A stretch of 63,829 bases of DNA, counting the filler, from Chiloscyllium plagiosum (lineage: Eukaryota), in NCBI RefSeq assembly GCF_004010195.1. It is 7 parts of one record of this genome, joined end to end, with 100 filler letters (N's around TTAATTAATTAA, not from the genome) between each part and the next. Parts side by side here need not be neighbours in the genome. Positions count along the whole stretch, not along the records: positions 44,329 to 54,142 come from NC_057712.1; positions 54,243 to 61,591 come from NC_057712.1; positions 61,692 to 63,829 come from NC_057712.1; 4 more parts are not named here. One strand, written 5' to 3'. Position 1 is the stretch's first letter, and each line of letters opens with the position of its first letter. The position numbers were made by a program, and so were the translations under genes. The notes under the pieces were generated by a model. That model ran no database searches. It saw nothing but the letters and a program-made list of their open reading frames with translations, and was not told where the DNA came from. Positions 52,491 to 63,829 of the stretch are shown here, piece after piece.

Positions 52491-53399
52491 TACATTAAAA
52501 TGTATTTTAGTACCATCTTTCTTTTGGTATTGTTTGGTATTAATCTTCCCAACCCCATATTTTCCAAGGCATCTGCATTTCTGTCTTCCCTCATGAATCT
52601 AAAACAATATCTTTCTAATTGTTCTGCTGCGATCTAGATATAACATGACCCTTCCAGGTGTTTTTCAGTGTACAGTGTAGTGGCATGTAAGATAGATCAG
52701 GATAGTATCACAAAGATAGATAAGATACCACCTTCTCACACCAACTGAGCTCAACTCCATCATACAGAAGTTTGATGGGCACTGAAATTGGCAGCGTGCC
52801 TAACATATGTAAAAAGGTAAAGGACAATCGAGTTAGCTAAAAGCTTAGTTGACCCTGCTAATACGTTACCGAAATTTGGCATGGGTAAGCAGGTGAGAAT
52901 GGGATTCCCATTTTTTAAGAGGTTTAATAAATTACAGGAAGAAAGGATCAAGTGCCATCTTCAAGGGGTACCATTTGTACATCGAAACATCCACACTGAA
53001 GATAGTAGCCTCACTTCTTTCTCATTAATTTCACTGAGCCCCATGCCAAGCTTTCTAAACCCTCCATAACCCAATACTCCAGTCTTTGCTCACTCCAGGA
53101 TTCATGCTGTCCTATTTGTGGGCTGCTTGCAGTCCTGGCAGTGCACACTGCTGAGCTAGCAACACTGTGGTACTCCTGGATATTCCAGCCAATCAGAAAG
53201 CAGCTCTTGTGAATACGACTCCACTTCAATGAGGGACAGAAATCTCACAATGAGACAATTCAGTCTGCCCACAGAGAATTACAGCTGCGAGGCAGGGTCC
53301 TTTCTTCTTTCTGAAACATTGGCTCACCATCAAACTTCCATCTTGGGGATGGGAGATCGAACATCCTACCTCTGCCAGTTCTTCATCTCTTTCCTTTTC

Positions 53400-53720
53400 A
53401 TAGAATCCCTACCATGTAGAAACAGGCCATTTGGCCAAACAAGTCCACACTGACCCTCTGAAGAGTAACTCTCCCAGACCCATTACTCTATATTTCCCCT
53501 GACTAATGCATCTAACCTACATATCCCTGAACACCATGGGAAATTCAGTACATTCAATTCACCTAACCTGCATGTTTGGACTGTGGGAGAAAACCGGAAC
53601 ACCTGGAGGAAACCCATACAGACACAGGGACAACTTGCAAACTCCACACAGTCGCCCGAGGTTGGAATCAAACCTGGGTCCCTGGTGCTGTGAGGCGATA
53701 GTTCCAACCACTGTGCCATC
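53400..53720 (-). mobile_element. HE1-like SINE (further copies at 56236-56470 - and 57955-58210 +)
   Basis: Same consensus, diverged. Confidence 0.85.
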
Positions 53721-53734
53721 ACTATCAAACCAGC

Positions 53735-53982
53735 AGCCTGGGGGAGCTGTGGTAGTTTGGCACACCGATCTCTACACTGCTGAAGCCAGGTGTCAACTGA
53801 TCAGACTCGTCTTCCTACTGCCCCCTTGACCATGACCTCACCTTCCATTACCAAACCATCATCCCCCAGACCATCCACAACCTCATCACCTCTAGGGATC
53901 TTCCATGCACAGCCTCCAACCTCATAATCCGAGAACTCCACACTGCCTGATTCTACCTCCTACTGAAGATTCACAAGCCTGA
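53735..53982 (+). mobile_element. PLE RT N-terminal fragment
   Basis: GGAVVVWHTDLYTAEA and FYLLLKIHKPD motifs. Confidence 0.7.
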
Positions 53983-54699
53983 CATAGACAATAGACAATA
54001 GGTGCAGGAGTAGGCCATTTAGCCCTTCGAGCCTGCACCGCCATTCAATATAATCATGGCTAATCATTCCTAATCAGTATCCTGTTCCTGCCTTATCTCC
54101 ATAACCCTTGATTCCACTATCTTTGAGAGCTCTATCCAACTCNNNNNNNNNNNNNNNNNNNNNNNNNNNNNNNNNNNNNNNNNNNNTTAATTAATTAANN
54201 NNNNNNNNNNNNNNNNNNNNNNNNNNNNNNNNNNNNNNNNNNACTTGTTCTTGAGGGGAACGGCCGCAGGGGGTCCCTGCACTGGCTGCTTCCTCCCAGT
54301 CCCCCTCACTGTCACCCATCTATCTGCCATCTTTGGAGTTACTACTTCCCTATAACTCTGATCTATGACCCCCTCTGCCTCCCGAATGATCCGAAGTTCA
54401 TCCAACTCCAGCTCCAGTTCCCTAATTTATAATGTGTATAAATTTGAGCTTATCCACTTTGGTAGCAAAGGTAAGTTATTATTGCATGGCTATAAATTGA
54501 GAAGGGGGGGGATATACACTTGGGGCAAATGGGATCAAAGATTATGGGGAGAAAGCATGATTAGGCTGTTGAATTGGATGATCAGCTATGATCATGATAA
54601 ATGGCAGAGCAGACTCAAAGGGCTGAGTGGCCTCCTCCTGCCCTATCTTCTATGTTTCTATGTTTTTATGTATTCATTGGATGTTAGAAGAATGAGGTG

Positions 54700-55370
54700 G
54701 GATCTGGATGTAGGTTTGCTCGCTGAGCTGGTGGATTTTTTTTCAGACGTTTTGTCACCCTACTAGGTAACATCTTCAGGTTGAGGTTCTGGATCTAGGT
54801 TTGCTCACTGAAAATTCCTCCTTTCTACTTATATATTTGGGTTTCTTTGGGTTGGTGATGTCATTTCCTGTGGTGATGTTATTTCCTGTGGTGAAGTCAC
54901 TTACTGTTCTTTTTCTCAGGGGATAGTAGATGGGGTCTAACTCAATGTGTTTGTTGATAGAGTTCCAGTTGGAATGTCATGCTTCTAGGAATTTTCGTGC
55001 GTGTCTTTGTTTGGCTTGTCCTAGGATGGATGTGTTGTCCCAGTCAAAGTGGTGTCCTTCCTCATCTGTATGTAAGGATACTAGTGAGAGAAGATCATGT
55101 TGTTTTGTGGCTGGTTGGTTTTCATGTATCCTAATGGCTAGTTTTTTGCTTGTTTGTCCAATGTAGCATTTGACACAGTCCTTGCATGGTATTTTGTAAA
55201 TGACATTAGTTTTGCTTTTTGTCTGTATAGGGTCTTTCAAGTTCATTTGCTGCTAAATGACATCACCCACCCAAAGAAACCCAAACATATAAATAGAAAG
55301 CAGGAATTTTCAGTGAGCAAACCTAGATCCAGAACCTCAACGTGAGCTACAAATCTTCTCAAAACTCACT
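54700..55370 (-). mobile_element. Second PLE family copy with GIY-YIG domain, inserted in a CR1 3' end
   Basis: ORF 54977..55246 NVIYKIPCKDCVKCYIGQT...RIHE...HHFDWDNTSIL...RKFLEA; short inverted piece at 55256-55370. Confidence 0.88.
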
Positions 55371-57337
55371 CTGAGGTGGGATGTCATAGAAACCTATAAA
55401 ATTCCTGCAGGACTAGACAAGATGCAGGAAGGATGTTCCCAATTGTGGAGCAGTCTAGAACCAAGCATCATAGTTTAAGGATAAGGGGTTAAACTTTTAA
55501 GACTGACATGAGAAGAAATGTCTTCACCTAGAGAGTGGGGAGCCTGTGAAATTCACCACCATTGAAAGTGTTTAAGGGCAAAACATTATTTGTTCTTAAG
55601 AAACAGGTAGATCAATCTCTTGTGTCTAAATAAATCAAGGAAAATGGGGAGAGGTGGGTTGAGGGTATTGTGTTTGATGATCAGCCATGATTATATTGAA
55701 TGGTAGAGCAGGCTCAAGGGTTGAGTGACTTATTCCTGCTCTTATCTTCTATGTTTCTATGTTTACTTCTACAAAATAAATAAATAAATATCACATTTAC
55801 TTAAATAGTTTTGTTTTACGGTTTTCATCATAAGCAAAGATAACAAACTATCATAACTATTTGGTAACATTATCAAATCTAAATATTATACAGGCCTAAG
55901 TATGGACACTTAGCCATATGGTCAAGGCTGCCTATTATCTTCCCCCTGCTCCTACCTTACTACTGCAGTGAGGCCCAAAGTGTGTTGAGAACCAGGCCTA
56001 ATGTGCACAAAATGATACGCTGCACTTGCCAAACCAATGCTCTAAGCAGTTTAGGGATATTGGGAAATTGGCAAACTCCTTCACAGAGTCAGCTAATCAG
56101 GGCCTGAGGACTATATAATCCAGAGAGGGAGAAATTCTCTGTTAGGGCCACAGCAGACTATAATATTTTAGTAGCCTGCAGTAGACTTTGATTATGCCAT
56201 ACAATGCTCATAGGAGTAAGTCCTTGAGTAAGGAGTACATCCACACTGACCCTCCGAAGAGCAACCCACTCAGACTCATTGCCCTACATCTAACACTACG
56301 GGCAATTTAACATGGCCAATTTACCTAACCTGCACATCTTTGGACTGCGAGAGGAAACCCACACAGACACGGGGAGAATGTGTAAATTCCACACAGACAG
56401 TTGCCCAAAGCGGGAATTGAACCTGGGTCTCTGACGCTATGAGGCAGCGGCGCTAACCACAGTGCCACCCGAGCTTTGTTTACTTCAGCACCTGTCGTAA
56501 AAGTAAATGTTAGAAAATTGTTTCAGTTTCCTAATGCTTATTTTACATTGACATTCATGAACCAGATGGTTTTTTTCAATAATCAGCAATACTTACTTGA
56601 AGTCATAGAGTCATGCAGCATGGAAACAGCCCCTTTGGTCCAACCAGTCCAAGATAAACATAATCCCAAACTAAACTAGTCCCACCTGTCTACTTCCGAC
56701 CCATATCCCTCCAAATATTTCCTATTTATGTACCTATCCAAATGTCTTTTAAACATTGTAATTCAACCCACATCCACCACTTTCTTAGGAAGTTCATTCC
56801 ACATGTGAACCACCCTCTGTGTAAAGAATTGCCTTTCATGTCTTTTTTAAATCTCTCTCCTCTCAGGCCAGTTTTTAATTCTATATTTGTATTGAATTAA
56901 ATTCCATCATTTGCCATGTTCCAACTTGAACCGACATCATCAGGATATTAATCTGGGTTTTTGGGTCATTAGTCCAGTGATATTACCTCTACACCACCAT
57001 CTCCTCTTTATTGAGATCGATAACATCTGAAAAGAACTTTATAAAAATAATACAAATACTACAGGATATTCCACATTTAGAAGGCTTCACAAAGAGCTAG
57101 GAATCACATTCTGGTTTTCATCTTTAAAATCACAGAACTGAAGTCTATATTTGGCATAGCTCACTGCTGCTGTAAATTTCCTCCGGTGAAATATTACAAG
57201 ATGAGTAATTTAGCAGATATTAACATCCTGTGTAATTGTTATCATAGTGACTCAATATGTTTGCCTAGTCACTGAAATACTTACATTACAACACAATCTG
57301 TTCATGGATCTGGCACTGAACCTGGGAAACAGCTGCT

Positions 57338-57467
57338 AGGAGAAAGTGAGGACTGCAGATGCTAGAGATCAGAGCTGAAAATGTGTTGCTGGAAAAGTGC
57401 AGCAGGTCAGGCAGCATCCAAGGAGCAGGAGAATTGACATTTTGGGCATGAGCCCTTCTTCAGGAAT
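57338..57467 (-). mobile_element. Solo PLE terminal fragment (hammerhead boxes decayed)
   Basis: Homologous to 20069-20197. Confidence 0.8.
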
Positions 57468-59003
57468 TTGATTACCAGCATATGTGATTGTCAGTTTGTT
57501 GTCACCTTGTACCCTTGCTACCTACATTTATTTCCTGTGTTAATTTCTATAAACCACTAGGTTTTGTTTTGCATTACACTTCACTCAAATGCTCAAAAAC
57601 CAACTCAAAACAGGACTTGTTCTGTAAATCTTATAATGCACTTTATTAATTTTGACTTGTCAGGGAAACTGCAGCACAATTTCATAGGTCAAAAGTGACA
57701 ACATGCACCTGATCTAAGTAGCAGCACTCAATGATACTGAGGTGGTTTCACTTGCAATTGGGAATAAAAACTGAAAGTGCTATAAATACTCAACTAGTCT
57801 GACAGTACCTGTGGAGAGAAACAATGTTAATGTTTTGATTTGGATATGATTCTTCTTCAGAACAGACAAAAAACAAGATAAAACCCAATAAATGGCAATA
57901 AAGAGAAAGAAATAAAAAGTGGAATAGAGGTTAATCTCTGAAATAATTGAATTTAGTGAGGTAATTAGCACTGCTGCCTCACAGCACCAGGATTCATGTT
58001 TGATTCCACCCTTGGGCAATTGTCTGTGTGGAGTTTGCACATTCCCTCTGTGTCTGCATGTGCAGGTTAAGTGGATTAGCCATGGGGAATATAGAGTTAC
58101 AGAAACAGGATGGGATACTCTTCAGAGGGTCTGGGTGGGATACTCTTCAGAGGGTCGGTGAGGACTTGATAGGCCAAATGGCCTGCTTCTATACTGTAGG
58201 ATTCTATGAGTTCAGAAGGCTGTGAAATGTCTAATTGGAAGATGAGATGCCGTACTTTGTTGAACGTCTCTGGAACACTGCAGGAGGCTGAGGACAGATG
58301 TGAGAATTATATGGTCAAGTAAAATGCTGAACAACCAGGTGCTCAAGAATATGCTCGCAGACTGAATGGAGATGTTGTGTAAAGCAAGAACACAATCTAT
58401 ATTTGATGTTCTAACATCAAGCATATGAGGATGAAAGGATTAGATGGTTACAATAATGGATTTAATTGAGAAAAGGTAGAGGCTTGAATAATAAATCAAA
58501 TCAGAACAAATCACCATAAACACCAACATGGACTGGTTGGGTTTATTTGACCATATATTACCCCTACATTTGTATTTTACTGTGCTAAAATAGTACAAGA
58601 AAACTAATGCAGTGGTTTGGAGTTTTGTGGAATGATTCAAATAATGTAGACTGGTTTGTGAAAAGCAAATAGAGTATACTAAATGTAAAGAAGTGCACAT
58701 TACTGTTTCAACTGAAATACATGTTTGCGGCCTTAGCAGTTTAGGGTGGGGGAGGTAAAAGGACAATGTTACAGATAGCCTCTTCAAAGTGCTGACAGAG
58801 TTGGGTAAGGAAGAATGTGTTTACTGGTAGCCTTAGGCTTAATTATCAGTGGATAATTCCTTGAAAGTGAAAGCCGTTGAGTTGGAAAGTAAGAAAATTG
58901 AAAAAAGACATCAGAGGCACTAGTATAGAAGATTTTACATTCAAAACAGATGCAGCAAAAGTGGAGAAACGGGGAGAGTGAAATGCAGCTGGGCATGAGG
59001 AAG

Positions 59004-61591
59004 GGTAAAAACAATGACTGCAGATGCTGGAAACCAGATTCTGGATTAGTGGTGTTGGAAAAACACAGCAGTTCAGGTAGCATCCGAGGTGCAGGAAAAT
59101 CGACATTTCGGGCAAAAGCCCTTCATCAGGAATAAAGGCAGAGTGCCTGCAGGTTGGAGAGATAAATGAGAGGAGGGTGGGGGATGGGAAGAAAATAGCA
59201 TAGAGTACAATAGGTGGATGGGGGTGGGAATGGAGGTGATAGATCAGACAGAAGGGTGGAGCGGTAGGACAGGTCATGAGGACAGTGCTGAGCTGGAAGG
59301 TTGGAACTGAGGTAAGGTAGGGAGGGGAAATGAGGAAACTGGTGAAGTCCACATTGATGCCCTGGGATTGAAGTGTTCCGAGGCGGAAGATGAGGCGTAG
59401 TTCCTCCAGGTGTCGGGTGGTGAGGGAGCGGTGGTGGAGGAGGCCCAGGACCTGCATGTCCTCGGCAGAGTGGGAGGGGAAGTTGAAATGTTGGGCCACA
59501 GGACGGTGGGGCTGATTGGTGCATGTGTCGTGGAGATGTTCCCTGAAGCAATCTGCGAGGAGGCGTCCAGTCTCCCCAATGTAGAGGAGACCTTATCAGG
59601 TGCAACTGATACAAGAAATGATATTGGTAGATGTGTAGGTGAAACTTTGGACGTGGAAGGCTCCCTTGAGGGCCTTGGATGGAGGTGAGAGAGGAGGTGT
59701 GGGCGCAGGTTTTGCAGTTCCTGTGGTGGCAGGGGAAAAGGTGAGAACCGGGGGGTTCTGTCCTTGTTACAGTTGGAGGGGTGGGGTCTGAGGGCAGAGG
59801 TGCGGGATGTGGACGAGATGCGTTGGAGGGCATCTTTAACCATGTGGGAAGTGAAATTGCGGTCTCTAAAAAAGGAGGCCATCTGGTGTGTTCTGTGGTG
59901 GAACTGGTACTCCTGGGAGCAATTATGGCGGAGGCGGAGGAATTGGGAATACGGGATGGCATTTTTGCAGGAGGTAGGGTGGGAAGAGATGTAATCCAGG
60001 TAGCTGTGGGAGTCGGTGGGTTTGTAAAAAATGTCGGTGTCAAGTCGGTCGTCATTAATGGAGATGGAGAGGTCCAGGAAGGGGAGGGAGGTGTCAGAGA
60101 TGGTCCAGGTAAATTTAAGGTCAAGGTGGAATGTGTTGGTGAAGTTGATGAATTGCTCAACCTCCTCATGGGAGCACGAGGTGGCCTCTGTTTCTTCCTC
60201 TCCCGACGTCCCCAACAGTACCCTTCCACCGACACTCTCATTCGTTTGGCCGAACTGGTCCTCACCCTTAACAATTTCTCCTTCGAATCCTTCCACTTCC
60301 TCCAGACCAAAAGGGTAGCCATGGTGCCCATATGGGCCCCAGCTATGCCTGTCTCTTTGTTGGCTATGTAGAACAGTCCATCTTCCGTAGCTACACCGGC
60401 ACCACTCCCACCTCTTCCTCCGCTACATTGATGACTGCATTGGCGCCAACTTGTTCTCCCGCGAGGAGGTTGAACAATTCATCAACTTCACCAACACATT
60501 CCACCCTGACCTTAAATTTACCTGGACCATCTCTGACACCTCCCTCCCCTTCCTGGACCTCTCCATCTCCATTAATGATGACCGACTTGACACCGACATT
60601 TTTTACAAACCCACCAACTCCCACAGCTACCTGGATTACATCTCTTTCCACCCTACCTCCTGCAAAAATGCCATCCCGTATTCCCAATTCCTCCGACTCC
60701 ACTGTATCTGCTCCCAGGAGGACCAGTTCCACCACAGAACACACCAGATGGCCCTCCTTTCTTAGAGACCGCAATTTCACTTCCCACGTGGTTAAAGATG
60801 CCCTCCAACGCATTTCGGCCACATTCTGTACCTCCATCCTCAGACTGCACCCATCCATCTGTAACAAGGACAGAACCCCACGGTGCTCACCTTCCACTCT
60901 ACCAACCTTAGCATAAACCAAATCATCCGATGACATTTCCACCACCTCCAAACGGACCCCACCACAAGGGATATATTTCCCACCCCACCCCTTTCCGCCT
61001 TCCGCAAAGATCATTCCCTCTGTGACTACCTAGTCAGGTCCACGCCTCCCCAACAACCCACCCTCCCGTCCTGGCACCTTCCCCTGCCACCGCAGGAATT
61101 GCAAAACCTGCGCCCACACCTCCTCCCTCACCTCCATCCAAGGCCCCAAAGGCACCTTCCACATCCATCAAGGTTTTACCTGCACATCCACCAATATCAT
61201 TTATTGTATCCGTTGCTCCTGATGCAGTCTCCTCTATATTGGGGAGACTGGACGCTTCCTATCAGAGCACTTTAGGGAACATCTCTGGGACACTTGCACC
61301 AATCAACCACACCGCTCTGGGGCCCAACATTTCAGCTCCCCCTCCCACTCAGCCGAGGACATGGAGGTCCTGGGCCTCTTTCACCGCCGCTCCCTTACCA
61401 CCCGACGACTAGAGGAAGAACGCCTCATCTTCCGCCTCGAAACACTTCAACCCAGGGCATCAATGTGGATTTCAACAGTTTCCTCATTTCCCCTTCCCCC
61501 ACCTCACCCCAGTTCCAAACTTCCAGCTCAGCACTGTCCCCATGACTTGTCCTACCTGCCTATCTTCCTTTCCACCCTCCTCTCTGACCTA
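59004..61591. mobile_element. Head-to-head inverted PLE (Neptune-like): - arm 59004-60180, + arm 60181-61591
   Basis: RT motifs (QTKRVAM, MGPSYACLF, LRYIDD, LPFLDL, FYKPT) and GIY-YIG on the + arm; the same RT C-terminus and EN on the - arm; frameshifted. Confidence 0.92.
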
Positions 61592-61691
61592 NNNNNNNNN
61601 NNNNNNNNNNNNNNNNNNNNNNNNNNNNNNNNNNNTTAATTAATTAANNNNNNNNNNNNNNNNNNNNNNNNNNNNNNNNNNNNNNNNNNNN

Positions 61692-62122
61692 TGGAGGGAA
61701 GGTCTTATGAGGAAAGGCTGAGAGTCTTTGGTCTGTTCTCCTTGGCAAGAAGAAGGCTAAGAGGGGATTTGATAGGCACATACAAGGTGATCAGAGGATT
61801 AGATAGGGTGGGCAGTGAAAGTTTTTTTCCTAGGATGGTGAATCAGTGCGTACGAGGGAACATAGCTGCAAATTGAGGGGTGATAGATTTAAGACAGATG
61901 TCAGAGGCAGGTTCTTTACTCAGAGAGTGGTAAGGGCGTGGAATGCCCTACCTGCTAATGTAGTCAACTCAGCCACATTAGGGAGATTTAAACAATCCTT
62001 GGATAAGCATATGGATGATTTTGGGATAGTGTAGGGGGACGAGCTGAGAATAGTTCACAGGTCGACGCAACGTCGAGGGCCGAAGGGCCTGTTCTGCGCT
62101 GTATTGTTCTATGTTCTATGTT
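61692..62122 (+). mobile_element. CR1 3' end
   Basis: ORF 61846..62034; (ttctatg)n tail. Confidence 0.85.
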
Positions 62123-62182
62123 TTAAAATGTGCTCACCTCCAAAGTGAGGACCCTTTTGCTTGACTGAGGATTATTAGTACC

Positions 62183-62355
62183 GTGGAGAAAGTGAGTACT
62201 ACCAATTCTGGAGATCAGAGCCAAGGTTAGAGTGGTGCTGGAAAAGCACAGCAGGTCAGGCAGCATCCGAGGAGCAGGAGAATCGATGTTTCGGGGACCT
62301 TCCTGTTCCTCGGATGCTGCCTGACCTGCTGTGCTTTTCCAGCACCACTCTAATC
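62183..62355. mobile_element. Fold-back PLE terminal fragment
   Basis: Inverted arms agagtggtgctggaaaagcacagc... / ...gctgtgcttttccagcaccactct meeting inside the hammerhead region (~62295). Confidence 0.8.
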
Positions 62356-62839
62356 TTGACTTATTAACACCATGACAAGCTTCCTGGCTCTGTGCCTGCA
62401 CTAAAACAACAAAACGAGAGACAAGTAAGATGAACCTGATATTGTCACCTGAGGATGCAAAATGTAAGAAGTCAAAGCAATGCAAGACAGGGATGCACTG
62501 ATCATCCAGTCAGGGCCAGAGTGAGTGAGGGCTCTGACAGTGAGTGAAGAGGCTGGAGGTCCAGCCTGGTGCAGTACATGAGCTGGGTGGGTGTCCCTGA
62601 GCACACAGTGTCCTTACTGCAGTGTTACAGTCAGAGCTGCCAGAACAGCCCAAGGTACAACACTGAAGCGTAGAGGTGTCCTTTACATGGATTGGAGATG
62701 TACCTTGATGGTTCTTAGAGGATGGCACATATTGGATGCCAATTCTTGGTGCCTGGTCTCCAATGTGGACACCATTCAGAGCAAACAGGAGCTGAATCTG
62801 CCGGCTGCTGACTGGTTTCTTTGCTGACACTATTGATTT

Positions 62840-62990
62840 AAACATCACACAACAGCAGGTTATTTGGAAGTACGGGCTTTCGGAGCACTGCTCCTTCATC
62901 AGGTAGCTGCACTCTGAAAGCTAATGCTTCCGAATAAACCTGTTGATCTGTAACCTGGCGTTGTGTGATTTTTAACTTTGTCCATCCCAG
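62840..62990. mobile_element. Short palindromic repeat, same family as 39860-40080
   Basis: - strand CTGATGA-A-GGAGC(AGT)GCTCC-GAAAG at 62877-62902; flanking arms inverted. Confidence 0.7.
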
Positions 62991-63233
62991 TTTTTAGATC
63001 AGAGTGGTACTGGAAAAGCACAGCAGGTCAGGCAGCATCCGAGGAGCTGGAAAATCGATGTTTCGGGCAAAAGCCCCTTTGCCCACCCCAGTCCACCTCG
63101 AGATTATTGATGTCCTGCTTGTTTGGTAAGTTTGGTAAGTTAGGAAGTGGAATATTGCCCAGGTCGGCTGGACCAGCAATAAATCAGTTCACAAATAACA
63201 ATCACCCCACCCCCACTGCAATGAGCAACTTAC

Positions 63234-63377
63234 AGGATCCCCTATGAAAAGCCTGAACGATGGACAGCAATGCTGCTACTGTTGTGATCCCCGCAATAAA
63301 CTTCTTGTCAGATTCTGCCATAAATCTCACCATAACCCACATGACTCCCTTTAAGACGCTTCCTTCATTTCCCTCAT
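63234..63377 (-). CDS. Candidate exon of an unidentified minus-strand gene (DEGNEGSVLKGVMWVMVRFMAESDKKFIAGITTVAALLSIVQAFHRGS)
   Basis: gtgttttcctttgtcaaacAG acceptor, consensus GTAAGT donor; 144 nt, only one open frame, phase 1->1; hydrophobic segment; lies within ORF 63202..63522. Confidence 0.45.
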
Positions 63378-63617
63378 CTGTTTGACAAAGGAAAACACAA
63401 AACCATGAGCACTGTTGCCAACTGAATACGTTCTTTAAAAACCTCCCACCGCCTCCTGGTTTCCCAAACCACCTGCCACGCTCCTGTTGATCCCTGATCC
63501 AGCGCGGGATCCCAGATTCCAATCCTAATGTCCTCCCCTATAAACTGCTTCCCCCAACCCCCTACATTCCAGGCTCCAATATGCTGATCACCACCCAGTG
63601 ACCTTTGAATTCCTGAC

Positions 63618-63736
63618 CTTCTTGGCTTCCAACTCTCCCGCTCAGAGCGAGCAGCAGTTTCCTCTTCAATCTCTCTCTGTCAGTGGTTGCTTCACACGTC
63701 GAGTTGGAGGCCAGTAGCTGCTCACTCTGACCATTA
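63618..63736 (-). CDS. Candidate exon of an unidentified minus-strand gene (NGQSEQLLASNSTCEATTDRERLKRKLLLALSGRVGSQE)
   Basis: cttttgtttctcacAG acceptor, GTCAGG donor (weak); 119 nt open, phase 2->1, compatible with the next segment; protein not recognised. Confidence 0.35.
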
Positions 63737-63829
63737 CTGTGAGAAACAAAAGCTCACTCACTTTAATAATTTCAGTCCGAGACGAATATCTGAATCAGCC
63801 GTTTATTTGTACACCTATAGGTGGGTGCT

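Noticed and set aside
52760..53400. Non-repetitive-looking stretch with short ORFs and a CCAAT motif
   Set aside because: No splice-consistent exon or recognisable product; a single motif is not enough for a promoter call
1..63829. CRISPR arrays, rRNA genes, prokaryotic operons
   Set aside because: No repeat-spacer arrays or rRNA seen; the sequence is vertebrate intronic DNA

Overview
Eukaryotic, repeat-dense vertebrate DNA, most likely a cartilaginous fish (inferred from HE1/V-SINE-type tRNA-derived SINEs and abundant CR1 LINEs with esterase ORF1). The + strand carries six short internal coding exons of ift172 (26338-40648) with canonical GT-AG sites. One expected exon is not visible and probably lies in an assembly gap. 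An intronless, disabled eEF1B2 retrocopy lies at 42669-43324. At the far right, two or three phase-compatible minus-strand exon-like segments suggest an unidentified gene. Most remaining sequence is decayed transposable elements: CR1, L1, Tx1, RTE, two clades of Penelope-like elements (PLEs), SINEs, and a TIR element with a nested L1. The most striking non-genic signal is a recurring minimal hammerhead-ribozyme motif (CUGANGA-A-stem II-GAAAC-GUC) in PLE terminal repeats. It occurs in many ~130-bp TSD-flanked solo copies and in fold-back palindromes centred on the ribozyme. The window has nine N gaps, six with an artificial TTAATTAATTAA spacer. All homology calls were made by eye from recalled protein and repeat families; no search was run, and TE boundaries are approximate.
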